Shown piece after piece: positions 48,340 to 57,242 of a stretch of 64,000 nucleotides of DNA. Both the position numbers and the translations under genes were made by a program. Within the stretch, counting starts at the first letter, position 1, and the number at the start of each line of letters is the position of its first letter. Where the stretch lies: the sequence record SRR31156797_826; one strand, written 5' to 3'. The notes below the pieces were generated by a model. The model was not told the origin of the DNA. It made no database searches and was given only the letters and a program-made list of their open reading frames with translations.

Positions 48340-49742
48340 TTCTTTAAACCTCTAATAAATTTAACAAAAGGGTTATCCAACAACATCTCTACAACAGCAT
48401 ATTTAGACGGCTGCCTGACTGCATAGGAGTATGTTGGATAAATATGTACCATGTTTGAAATCTTATGAAAAGGTATCTTGTTCGCTTTTGCGAGTATAAC
48501 TTCGTGTATGACCTCACCTGCACGGCTTCCGAGGATGTGCGCACCAAGAATTCGACCTTTCCTGTCAGTAATATATTTCGCCAGACCATCAGTTTTACCG
48601 TCTGAAATCCCCCTGTCCACATGGGCAAATTCATATTTAAAAACCCTGATACTGTCTCCATACTCCGCCCTCGCCTCTCCTTCTGTCATGCCGACTCTCG
48701 CCAGCTCCGGCTCTGTGTATGTGCACCAGCCGACATTGCTGTAGTCTACAGCTTTATTCAAAGGTAAGAATGCATTACGGCAAGCGGTAACAGCTTCATA
48801 GTCAGCCACATGAGTGAACTGATACGGCGGAACAACGTCACCTGCGGCATATATATTTGATGAATTTGTTCTGAGGTATTTATCAACTCTGACACCTTTG
48901 TTATCGTACTTAACTCCGGCGTTTGTGAGCTTCATCCCGTCTAAGTTTGGCTTACGACCTGTGGCGACCAGAACTTTTTCAGCTTTAACCTCATCAATCA
49001 CACCTTCGGTCTTCAGGCTTACATATTCATTAAACTGCTGTGCGGAAATAACTTTTGTCCCTGTGAGGATGTGAAGCCCATCTGATTCCAGCTTAGCTTT
49101 TAGCCTTTCAGACAACTCTTCATCTTCTCTATGCAGAATCCGGTCGTTCCTCTCTATGACAGCAACCTCAACACCAAGACCGTTAAGGGCGGTAGCCAGC
49201 TCTATCCCAATTGGACCTCCACCTAAAACTGCAACAGATTTTGGCAATTCCTCAAGGTTAAAAATAGTCTCATTTGTCAGATAGTTAACGTCTTCTAATC
49301 CTTTAATCGGCGGGATGGATGGTGATGAACCTGTCGCTATAAGGAATTTGTCTGCGGTATATTTCTTTCCTTCAACGCTGATGGTTTTATTGTCGATAAA
49401 TTCAGCCTGACCTTCGATTATGTCAATACCGTCTTTCTCAAATATATCAGGAGTTTCAGTAGCATAGACATCACTAACTATTTTGCGCACATGGGCAAAA
49501 GCGCCGGACACATCCAGACTGTCAACATCGATATCCATTCCGAAATCTTTGATATTCTTAATATTTTGAGCTAGATGAGATGCATTCAGCAGAGCTTTGC
49601 TCGGAATACATCCGAAATGTGTACAGTCTCCGCCGAGCTTATCTCTCTCAACTATTGCGGTCTTCTTCCCTACCCCTTTTGCGAATTCCGCCGCCACCAG
49701 ACCAGCGGAACCGCCTCCTATCACAATAAAATCATACTTCAT
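48336..49742 (-). CDS. Flavoprotein disulfide reductase (Lpd/MerA-like)
   Basis: GGGSAG, redox dithiol GGDCTHFGCIPSK, GGGPIG, ATGRKPN; C-terminal HIYPTYS; no MerA C-terminal Cys-Cys. Confidence 0.88.
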   Translation of the reverse strand: MKYDFIVIGGGSAGLVAAEFAKGVGKKTAIVERDKLGGDCTHFGCIPSKALLNASHLAQNIKNIKDFGMDIDVDSLDVSGAFAHVRKIVSDVYATETPDIFEKDGIDIIEGQAEFIDNKTISVEGKKYTADKFLIATGSSPSIPPIKGLEDVNYLTNETIFNLEELPKSVAVLGGGPIGIELATALNGLGVEVAVIERNDRILHREDEELSERLKAKLESDGLHILTGTKVISAQQFNEYVSLKTEGVIDEVKAEKVLVATGRKPNLDGMKLTNAGVKYDNKGVRVDKYLRTNSSNIYAAGDVVPPYQFTHVADYEAVTACRNAFLPLNKAVDYSNVGWCTYTEPELARVGMTEGEARAEYGDSIRVFKYEFAHVDRGISDGKTDGLAKYITDRKGRILGAHILGSRAGEVIHEVILAKANKIPFHKISNMVHIYPTYSYAVRQPSKYAVVEMLLDNPFVKFIRGLKK

Positions 49743-50383
49743 AGCTGTACCCCACCTATTATTTCAATAATATCTGTCAGGTGTTCTCTTTTCGCTTTCA
49801 GATCCTCAATTGTATCCAGATCAGAAAGTTTTTCTGTATGTGTAACAATATAATCAATCTGCTTAAAAATACTTATGGTTTCATCAAAAACCTCATTTGT
49901 GCTCCAATCAATACCTTTGAATACTTTATTAGTAATAGTATTTTTATTGAAACCTATCAGATAGTAACCGCCATCGTAAGCCTCACCTAGAACAGCATCA
50001 GAGTTCTCAAGTTTATCAAAAGCATCTGCCGTGATGTCAGCATTCAGGTCTGGTATATCACTGCCTGTAAGTATGCACTTATCATACCCTTCATCGAATG
50101 CCTTTTTTAGCGCCATGAACATCCGTTCGCCAAGATCAGATTTAAACTGCGGATAGTATTTAAAGCTGTCACCGAGCCATTCTCTAAACTGGGTAAGCTT
50201 TTCATAAGGCTCGATAAAAAGTAAAATATCAGTTGTGCTGTCGGCTGCTGCCATTAGGATTTTTTCGACTAGTAAGCGGTAAAGCTCAGCAGATTTGTCA
50301 TTACCAATTGATGCGCCGAGGCGGGTTTTGACCTTGCCTGATTCTGGATATTTAAGAAAAATTATGTGGGCGTTTCTACTCAT
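49739..50383 (-). CDS. TIGR04282-like (DUF2064) transferase
   Basis: KYPESGKVKTRL, DLGERM, GSDIPDL, LG..DGGYYLIG, IDWST, DLDT.EDL. Confidence 0.87.
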   Translation of the reverse strand: MSRNAHIIFLKYPESGKVKTRLGASIGNDKSAELYRLLVEKILMAAADSTTDILLFIEPYEKLTQFREWLGDSFKYYPQFKSDLGERMFMALKKAFDEGYDKCILTGSDIPDLNADITADAFDKLENSDAVLGEAYDGGYYLIGFNKNTITNKVFKGIDWSTNEVFDETISIFKQIDYIVTHTEKLSDLDTIEDLKAKREHLTDIIEIIGGVQL

Positions 50384-50967
50384 CTTCTCCCCGGTTTAAT
50401 GAACGGAATAAGCGCAGGCACATCTTTCATATAGTCGATGTACTCCTGACCAAACTCCTTTTTCAGCTTTCGCTCTTCATTAATTGTACCGATAATAAAA
50501 TAGATTGTAAGCGCAACATTGAGATAAATATCTTTTTCGCTTAAAGGTCTGAACCATATAAGAAAAAGGGATACCGTATAGTATGGATGACGAACGTAGT
50601 TAAGTGCGCCAGTTCTTGTCAGTTTAGGTTTTTCATATTTATACTGCTCACCCCGCATCTTCATCTTTAACTGAGTGATACCTAGAAAAGTGCTATTATC
50701 ATAACTCTTTACAGCGTATAATCCAAACAAAAGCCCTAATATCCATACCACGCCAAAAATTATGTCAAGAAACCCGTTCTGATGGAAGAGAGGCTCTGAT
50801 GGTAAGATGTAAAACATTATAAATAAAGGGATAAACAGAATTATTGATTGTGCGACATAAAAGAATCTGTACCACCATTTAAAATAAACTGACTTCATCA
50901 GACTTGCATCTGCGAGTATGCTATGAAGAACACAGTAAATCGTAAGAGAGATTAAAAATGCTGTCAC
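50380..50967 (-). CDS. ICMT/NnrU-like membrane methyltransferase family protein
   Basis: Multiple TMs, YVRHPYY, EERKL..FG.EY..Y..VP. Confidence 0.8.
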   Translation of the reverse strand: MTAFLISLTIYCVLHSILADASLMKSVYFKWWYRFFYVAQSIILFIPLFIMFYILPSEPLFHQNGFLDIIFGVVWILGLLFGLYAVKSYDNSTFLGITQLKMKMRGEQYKYEKPKLTRTGALNYVRHPYYTVSLFLIWFRPLSEKDIYLNVALTIYFIIGTINEERKLKKEFGQEYIDYMKDVPALIPFIKPGRR

Positions 50968-50968
50968 G

Positions 50969-53095
50969 TCAGATATTTATCTTTTGAAGGTGATATTTCA
51001 GCTCGTTGATAGCGTAAGGGCTGACACTGAAATCCCTGTAACCTATATCGATCAGCTTCACAAGCATATCAGGATCCGCAGCCATCTCGCCGCAGATTTC
51101 TACAGGTATATCGAGGTCTTTTGCCTTATTAAGGATAACCTCAAGCAAGCTCAGAAATGACTTATTATCAGTATTATACAAGGAACTAACTTTTGGATTA
51201 CCCCGGTCTAAAGCGAAAAGGTACTGAAACATATCATTAGTTCCGATACTAAAAAACTGGCACTCGCCCCTAAGCTGTTCCAACTGGAATATGAGTGAAG
51301 GTATCTCGAGCATAACACCTATTTCGGGAAGTTTAAGTTCAAGCCTCTCAGCAGTCGCCTCTGCGAGCTTTTTCACCTGAAGATACTCATCAACATCAGC
51401 AACAAACGGCACAAGTATTTTCACATTACCATACTCAGCGTGCAAAGTTATAAGTGCTTCAAGCTGGCTTTCGAGCATATCCCGATAGTCAGTCAGCAGA
51501 AGCCTCACACCTCTGTTACCTAATGCCGGATTATCTTCAAATGCCTCATAGGCTGACTTTTTATCAGAGCCGATGTCGAGCAGTCTGAAAACTACAGGTC
51601 GCTCGGTAAAAGCCCTAAGTATCCCTTTGTATGTCTCTGTTCGGCACTCCTGAGTACATTTACCCTCTTTACTAAGGTAAAAAATCTCAGTACGCACAAG
51701 CCCTATCCCGTCAGCACAGAAAAGGTCGGCCTTTTCAGAATCGAGGATACTGGATACGTTTGCGTAAAACTTGACCTTAGACCCGTCTTGCAGGATAAGG
51801 TTCTGGCACGCATATTCTTTATCTTCATCAGGTAGTTTTTTAGATGAAAGTTTATCTTTATAGTTTTCAATAGTCTCTTCTGTAGGGTTAAAAATAACAT
51901 CACCAGTATAGCCGTCAACTATAACACGCTCACTAGACTCGACTTTGTTATGTATGTTATCAATCCCTGTCACAGCAGGTATTTTCATACTTTTAGCAAG
52001 TATAGCCGTGTGACTGGTTACCCCGTCCTTCTCAGTTACAAAACTGCAAACACGCTCAAGATCAAGTGATGCTGTCTCACCGGGTGTGAGCCTGTTAGCG
52101 AAAATAACACTATTCTCACGCAGATCGGCAGATTTTGACACTGCTCCCAGGTGCGAAAGTAGCCTGAATGCGATGTCTTCTATATCCTGAGCACGCTCTC
52201 TAAGGTATGCATCATTTATCGAACGAAATCTTTTTATATATTTATCAGCAACATGGCGCACACTAAAAGAAGCGCTTTTATGTTTATCAACTATGTGCGA
52301 CTCGATATCACTTCGGAAAGTTACGTCATTAAGCATCATCAGATGTGTCTCGAATATGCTCGCTGCTATCTGCTGTTTGGATGTATCCATATCGCTGATG
52401 AGTGCTTCAAGGTCTCTTCTGGTATCATCAAAAGCTTTGTTGAAAGAAGCGAGCTCAACTTCAGGAGATTCGTGGTGGTGCGTCTTTTCCACTAGCTTAG
52501 CGAGAACCATTACCGGCTCACCGATTGCGATACCGCTCGAAAGTGGCACACCCTTCTCGATACGCTCCTCATTAGAGTCGTATACAAGCTCTCCGTCGTC
52601 CTGATTCATAAGGTAATGCTTCAGAACAAGTCCAGAAACCTGTGCTGCAACAGCCCTTAAGAACTGCTTAAGTATCTCAGTATTACGCTTATTCTTACGG
52701 AACTGAAAGACCAGTACACCAAACTCGTGGGCACGGCTTCTAAGCGGAATGCCTATGAATGTGTTATACGGCTCTTCGTTAATCCCCGGGAAATAGTTAA
52801 ACCTGTCATGCTTAGTAGCATTACGGATGAATGTATAGCTGTCATTGGTATATGTCAGTCCTGTGAGACCTTCATTAAACCCCATAGATACATTTCCGAC
52901 CGCACCCTCACTCAGCCCTTCCGTAGCGGAAAGAATGAGCCTGTCCCTGTTTACGCCGCCAAGGAGATATATGGAGCATACATCGCTCTCGATGGCTTCT
53001 TTAAGGAAAGTTACGATCTTATTCAGAGTTGTGCTTGTGTCGTCAGCATTCAGGATGATGTTACTGATGCTGAGTAGTAGTTCTATTTTTTTCAT
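50969..53095 (-). CDS. ptsP: PTS Enzyme I with N-terminal GAF domain (EI-Ntr-like)
   Basis: GAF (VCSIYL, ATEGL, EGLTG), TSHTAILA phospho-His, GIGLVRTE, FSIGTND, ICGEMA. Confidence 0.92.
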   Translation of the reverse strand: MKKIELLLSISNIILNADDTSTTLNKIVTFLKEAIESDVCSIYLLGGVNRDRLILSATEGLSEGAVGNVSMGFNEGLTGLTYTNDSYTFIRNATKHDRFNYFPGINEEPYNTFIGIPLRSRAHEFGVLVFQFRKNKRNTEILKQFLRAVAAQVSGLVLKHYLMNQDDGELVYDSNEERIEKGVPLSSGIAIGEPVMVLAKLVEKTHHHESPEVELASFNKAFDDTRRDLEALISDMDTSKQQIAASIFETHLMMLNDVTFRSDIESHIVDKHKSASFSVRHVADKYIKRFRSINDAYLRERAQDIEDIAFRLLSHLGAVSKSADLRENSVIFANRLTPGETASLDLERVCSFVTEKDGVTSHTAILAKSMKIPAVTGIDNIHNKVESSERVIVDGYTGDVIFNPTEETIENYKDKLSSKKLPDEDKEYACQNLILQDGSKVKFYANVSSILDSEKADLFCADGIGLVRTEIFYLSKEGKCTQECRTETYKGILRAFTERPVVFRLLDIGSDKKSAYEAFEDNPALGNRGVRLLLTDYRDMLESQLEALITLHAEYGNVKILVPFVADVDEYLQVKKLAEATAERLELKLPEIGVMLEIPSLIFQLEQLRGECQFFSIGTNDMFQYLFALDRGNPKVSSLYNTDNKSFLSLLEVILNKAKDLDIPVEICGEMAADPDMLVKLIDIGYRDFSVSPYAINELKYHLQKINI

Positions 53096-53149
53096 AATGA
53101 ATCGACGATGATATTAGCAGATAGTTCAATTCTGTGCAAGTTTTAGAAG

Positions 53150-53932
53150 TCAGACAAAGACAGATTCGTCCGCATCTAGGAACTTACAAAGTGCTGGTAT
53201 GGCTGGCGAGACGTCTTTTGTAAAATCATTTACATATAAATCAATATGCTGTCTGATAACATCCTCTTCCATCTCTTTAGCGTGTTCTTTGATGAACGGT
53301 AATACCTTATCGTAATGATTTTCAGCGAATTCGATAGAGTGTTTTATGCGGAAATTGATCTTATCAGCCTGATCTAACACACTATTAGATATAACGATAC
53401 AGCCGAGCGGGATAGGTGATTTAAATTTATCTTCATACATTTCACCCAGATCACAAAGCTTGAAAAGCTCCATCTGCTGATAGGTAAAACGACCTTCGTG
53501 AATGACTATACCTGCATCAACCTCACCAGCTAAGACAGCAGGCATGATCATGTCAAATCTAAGCTGTATGAAGTGGAATTTCTCACCGAAAAACATCTTA
53601 AAAAAGCGGAAAGCACTTGTATTTACACCGGGAACGGCGATGCGTAAGCACTCTTTGACAGGCTTATTATCTTTCGAAACAACCAGCGGACCACAACCGA
53701 AACCGAGAGCGCCACCAGTTTTTAAAATTTTATAGTTATCAAGTATATCAGGCACAACACCGTAAGAAACCTTTATAATATCAGCTTCGTTCTTAAGCGC
53801 CATACGGTTTAAAACCTGCACATCGTCAAGATACGTCTTAAAGCTGTGCTCCGTAGGTATCAGACCGCTAAGCATAGCTCCGAAGATGTAGGTATCATTC
53901 GGACAAGTCGAAACAGCAATATCTATCTTCAT
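53150..53932 (-). CDS. mqnD: 1,4-dihydroxy-6-naphthoate synthase (futalosine pathway)
   Basis: STCPNDTYIF, GGALGFGCGP, IHEGRFTY, PIPLG, HIDLYVN. Confidence 0.93.
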   Translation of the reverse strand: MKIDIAVSTCPNDTYIFGAMLSGLIPTEHSFKTYLDDVQVLNRMALKNEADIIKVSYGVVPDILDNYKILKTGGALGFGCGPLVVSKDNKPVKECLRIAVPGVNTSAFRFFKMFFGEKFHFIQLRFDMIMPAVLAGEVDAGIVIHEGRFTYQQMELFKLCDLGEMYEDKFKSPIPLGCIVISNSVLDQADKINFRIKHSIEFAENHYDKVLPFIKEHAKEMEEDVIRQHIDLYVNDFTKDVSPAIPALCKFLDADESVFV

Positions 53933-53933
53933 C

Positions 53934-55565
53934 TTAATTCGTAGGGAGAGGTGTTTTACCCATAAGGTATTTCAGGTCGTCATCACGGAATTCTACACCA
54001 GCACCAACAAACCATGAGTCTGTGTCGCTGTTAAGGAAATCATCATAACCACCTGTCACAAAAAGGTTCTTATAAAATTTATATTTAACCCCTGCTCTCA
54101 TATGAAGCTCTCTGTCCTCATCGCTGTCCGGCATATCAAATGCGTCAACATTAAAGACAAGCTTCTGTTCCTGCTCACCGTCAAAAGGATGATAATCGAG
54201 ACCAACACCGGCATCAGACTCAAGAAGACCTACACGGAAGAAGAAATCGTCGTAGAATCTGTGAGCATACATAAGTGTCCAGAGGAGTGAATCTGGGTTC
54301 TGTACCTTTTTGTTTTCTGTATATGCGAAAGATGTCTGACCAGCCTCGTCTGTACCTGATGAGTAGTCAGTATCAACTGTAGAGATGCTCTCTTTTGTTG
54401 TACCATCCTGATCAGATGTGAGACCTACGAGGTAGTATCTCTTTTTACCTGGTGTAACTTTAAGCTTAACATGACCTTTTCCATTTTCTGTTTCGCCATA
54501 TCTCTCCGCAGAGAAAGCGAGGTCAACTTTAAATTTATCAATAGCACCAAGAGTATCTTTAAGACCAGTGAGCGCACCGTTAAGGTTGTCAACAGTCTCT
54601 TCCTCGTTCACAAGCTTACCGATGGTTCCTTTACCTTCGCTGATTTTACCAGTGATATCATTAAGGTTATCAACTGTTGTCTCAAGCTTGGTAGTGACAA
54701 CGGCTATATTACTGATAGCTTTCTTAAGGTTCTCTTTCTGGCTACTCATAACATCGTCCACATCATCAGAGATATTACGAAAGTTTTTAGCGATAGTAGG
54801 ACCGTCTTCACGCAGGCTGTCAGTAACTATTCTGAGGTTTTCAGAGATTAGCGGTGTCTGCGCCTTAAGGTCGTTTGTAATTGAGTTTATATTGGCAACT
54901 ATATTGTTGATGTTATTAGCATTTGCAACAGTCACCTCACTAAGTGTACCAGTGAGTGTTTCCATATTTCTGATTATCATATCGATGCGTTTCTCATTCT
55001 GCTGAACAAGCATATTTACAGAGTCAGTAATCTCCCGAACATTAGAGAGTGTTGCTGTCATATTTTCTTCTGCCTGCTGAGTGGCGAGCACCTTACGCAG
55101 TGATGATGTAATAGCTTTAACATCGTCAGCGACACTTCCTATCTTATCTCCCAGCTCGTCAAAATCTGTACCCTTCTCGCCTGACTTAAGCATCACACCC
55201 TTGGCAAGCTTCCCCGCTGGCTCATTCTCAGTGACTTTTAGCTCTGCATACTTTTCACCAAGAAATCCTTTGGAACGAATAAGAACATTCAGATTAGACG
55301 GAAGCTCATACTCCTCATCAATGAGGATGTCCGCTATGGCTCTGCCGTTAATAAGTTCTAATGATTTAACCTTTCCAACCTCAACACCTTTAAATATTAC
55401 AGGTGCATCTTTTGTCAGTCCAGCTGCGTCTTGCAATTCTGCCTGAATATGCATGCCGGCATCATCTGAAAGTGAAAAGTCTACTAATCTCAGCGACATA
55501 GCACTGATAAGCATTAGGCATCCCACGACAAATATCCCAACTTTTGCTTCAAGTCCAAAATTCAT
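53934..55565 (-). CDS. mlaD: Long MlaD/MCE protein with helical stalk and probable C-terminal beta-barrel
   Basis: EAKVGIFV TM, AAGL..V..KGVEVGKV, GFLGEKY MCE; heptad region; GKGTIGKL; beta-rich C-terminus. Confidence 0.88.
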   Translation of the reverse strand: MNFGLEAKVGIFVVGCLMLISAMSLRLVDFSLSDDAGMHIQAELQDAAGLTKDAPVIFKGVEVGKVKSLELINGRAIADILIDEEYELPSNLNVLIRSKGFLGEKYAELKVTENEPAGKLAKGVMLKSGEKGTDFDELGDKIGSVADDVKAITSSLRKVLATQQAEENMTATLSNVREITDSVNMLVQQNEKRIDMIIRNMETLTGTLSEVTVANANNINNIVANINSITNDLKAQTPLISENLRIVTDSLREDGPTIAKNFRNISDDVDDVMSSQKENLKKAISNIAVVTTKLETTVDNLNDITGKISEGKGTIGKLVNEEETVDNLNGALTGLKDTLGAIDKFKVDLAFSAERYGETENGKGHVKLKVTPGKKRYYLVGLTSDQDGTTKESISTVDTDYSSGTDEAGQTSFAYTENKKVQNPDSLLWTLMYAHRFYDDFFFRVGLLESDAGVGLDYHPFDGEQEQKLVFNVDAFDMPDSDEDRELHMRAGVKYKFYKNLFVTGGYDDFLNSDTDSWFVGAGVEFRDDDLKYLMGKTPLPTN

Positions 55566-55576
55566 AATTCGCTCCG

Positions 55577-56332
55577 TTATAAGACATTGATAGGACCCTC
55601 TTTAGAGGCAGCAAAGAACTGCTTCACATAAGGGTTATCAGTATTTTTAAAATCTTCAGCAGTGCCGTAAAGCACAACCTTTCCGTCGTAAAGCATTGCT
55701 ATATAGTCAGCAATCTTTAACGTACTCTCTATATCATGAGAGATAACGATGGACGTTATCCCTAGTTCTCTCTGTGTATCATTGATGAGGTTATCCACCA
55801 CATCGCACATGATCGGGTCAAGCCCTGTGGTCGGCTCATCGTAAAGCATAATATCAGGCTCAAGAGCGATAGCCCTTGCTAGCCCCACTCTCTTTTTCAT
55901 ACCGCCGGAAAGCTCTGACGGCATCTTGTCCTCGACATCTCTCAGACCTACCAGCCTGAGCTTTTCAGTGACGATTTTATCAATCTCGTCTTTGCTCTTG
56001 CTCGTATGTTCAACAAGTGGAAAGGCGACATTCTGGTAAACATTCATAGAGTCAAAAAGTGCCGCATTCTGAAAGAGTATGCCGAATTTCTTACGCATAT
56101 CTTTCAACTGATGACGGTTCATCTGAGTGAGGTCTTCGCCATCGACAAAAACCTTACCGGATGTGGGCTGCATAAGCCCGCAAAGCTGTTTTAACAGGAC
56201 AGATTTACCTGTACCGGACGGACCGATAATGTATGTGATAGCACCCTTTTCAACCTCAAGGTTGATCCCCTTGTGGATTTTGTGCTTACCAAAACTCTTA
56301 TGTACGTCTTTGCATTCAATAGCTAAAGCCAT
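55577..56332 (-). CDS. mlaF: MlaF-type ABC ATPase
   Basis: GPSGTGKS, LFQNAALFDSM, ELSGGMKKRVGLARA, DEPTTGLDP, SHD. Confidence 0.92.
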   Translation of the reverse strand: MALAIECKDVHKSFGKHKIHKGINLEVEKGAITYIIGPSGTGKSVLLKQLCGLMQPTSGKVFVDGEDLTQMNRHQLKDMRKKFGILFQNAALFDSMNVYQNVAFPLVEHTSKSKDEIDKIVTEKLRLVGLRDVEDKMPSELSGGMKKRVGLARAIALEPDIMLYDEPTTGLDPIMCDVVDNLINDTQRELGITSIVISHDIESTLKIADYIAMLYDGKVVLYGTAEDFKNTDNPYVKQFFAASKEGPINVL

Positions 56333-56363
56333 GTAGTGTCATAACCTCTATTTTTTTTACAGC

Positions 56364-56459
56364 TTCCTGAGAAGCAGTTCAGCCGTGCGCCAGCACCCAG
56401 CTTTTCCTGAGAGAGCCTAGCTCTCGATAGAAGCAATTTAGCCGTGCGCTAGCACCTAG
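56364..56459. repeat. Tandem 31-bp REP-like repeats in the mlaE-mlaF gap
   Basis: 56370-56400 and 56429-56459 are 27/31 identical, each with a GTGC-N4-GCAC hairpin; GAGAGC-CTA-GCTCTC hairpin between them. Confidence 0.8.
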
Positions 56460-57226
56460 AACATGAAGGCGGTAAGGATGTAGTCAAAAACGAGTATTAA
56501 AATACACGCCAGAACAACGGACTCTGTGGTGGCTTTACCAACACCTTCCGCTCCGCCCTGTGTCATATAGCCTTTGTAACAACCGACAAGCGTAACAAGC
56601 CCGCCGAAAACAAATGCTTTTATCATACCGCTCATAAAATCTTCTAAATCTATAAACTGATACATATAATCTAAATAAAGTGTTTTATTGATCCCGAGAA
56701 CTGTGATACTCACAAGATATCCGCCGACTATACCGCAGAAAACTGCGATGGCGTTAAGCATAGGCATAACGATAAAGCCAGCGAGGATACGCGGAACAAA
56801 TAGATATTGGACAGGGTCAACAGCGAGTGCGTTAAGTGCGTCAACCTGCTCCGTAACCTTCATTGTGCCTATCTCAGCGGTGATGGCAGAACCAGCACGG
56901 GCGGCAACCATAATAGCTGAAAGGACAGGACCAAGCTCCCTCGCCATACCAAGCGCAACAACAGTACCGACTATCTGGTCAGCACCGAATTTGTGGAAAC
57001 CTATATAACTTTGAAATGCGAAAACCATACCTGTAAAGCTACCCGTAAGGACTATTACTGACAGGGAGTTAGCACCTATAAATTCAATTTGTTTAAGGAG
57101 AAGTTTAAGCCTGAAAGGAGGCATAAAAAGCAACCTGATGGTGTCAAAAAAGAGGACAGCCATACTGCCTGTAGTATGTACAAAACGTAAAATCGGACTT
57201 CCAAAAAATTCAAAAAATCTTGTCAT
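56456..57226 (-). CDS. mlaE: MlaE-type ABC permease
   Basis: RELGPVL, AGSAITAEIGTMKVTEQVDAL, GGAEGVGKATT; likely ATG 57226. Confidence 0.93.
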   Translation of the reverse strand: MTRFFEFFGSPILRFVHTTGSMAVLFFDTIRLLFMPPFRLKLLLKQIEFIGANSLSVIVLTGSFTGMVFAFQSYIGFHKFGADQIVGTVVALGMARELGPVLSAIMVAARAGSAITAEIGTMKVTEQVDALNALAVDPVQYLFVPRILAGFIVMPMLNAIAVFCGIVGGYLVSITVLGINKTLYLDYMYQFIDLEDFMSGMIKAFVFGGLVTLVGCYKGYMTQGGAEGVGKATTESVVLACILILVFDYILTAFMF

Positions 57227-57242
57227 TCTACTACCATAACCT

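Noticed and set aside
48336-49742. Mercuric reductase merA or dihydrolipoamide dehydrogenase lpdA
   Set aside because: No C-terminal Cys-Cys or NmerA domain and no mer genes; no HPTxxE motif and no 2-oxoacid dehydrogenase genes nearby
56364-56459. CRISPR array (31-bp palindromic repeats with a 28-bp spacer)
   Set aside because: Only two imperfect copies, the spacer is itself a hairpin, one copy overlaps a stop codon, and there are no cas genes
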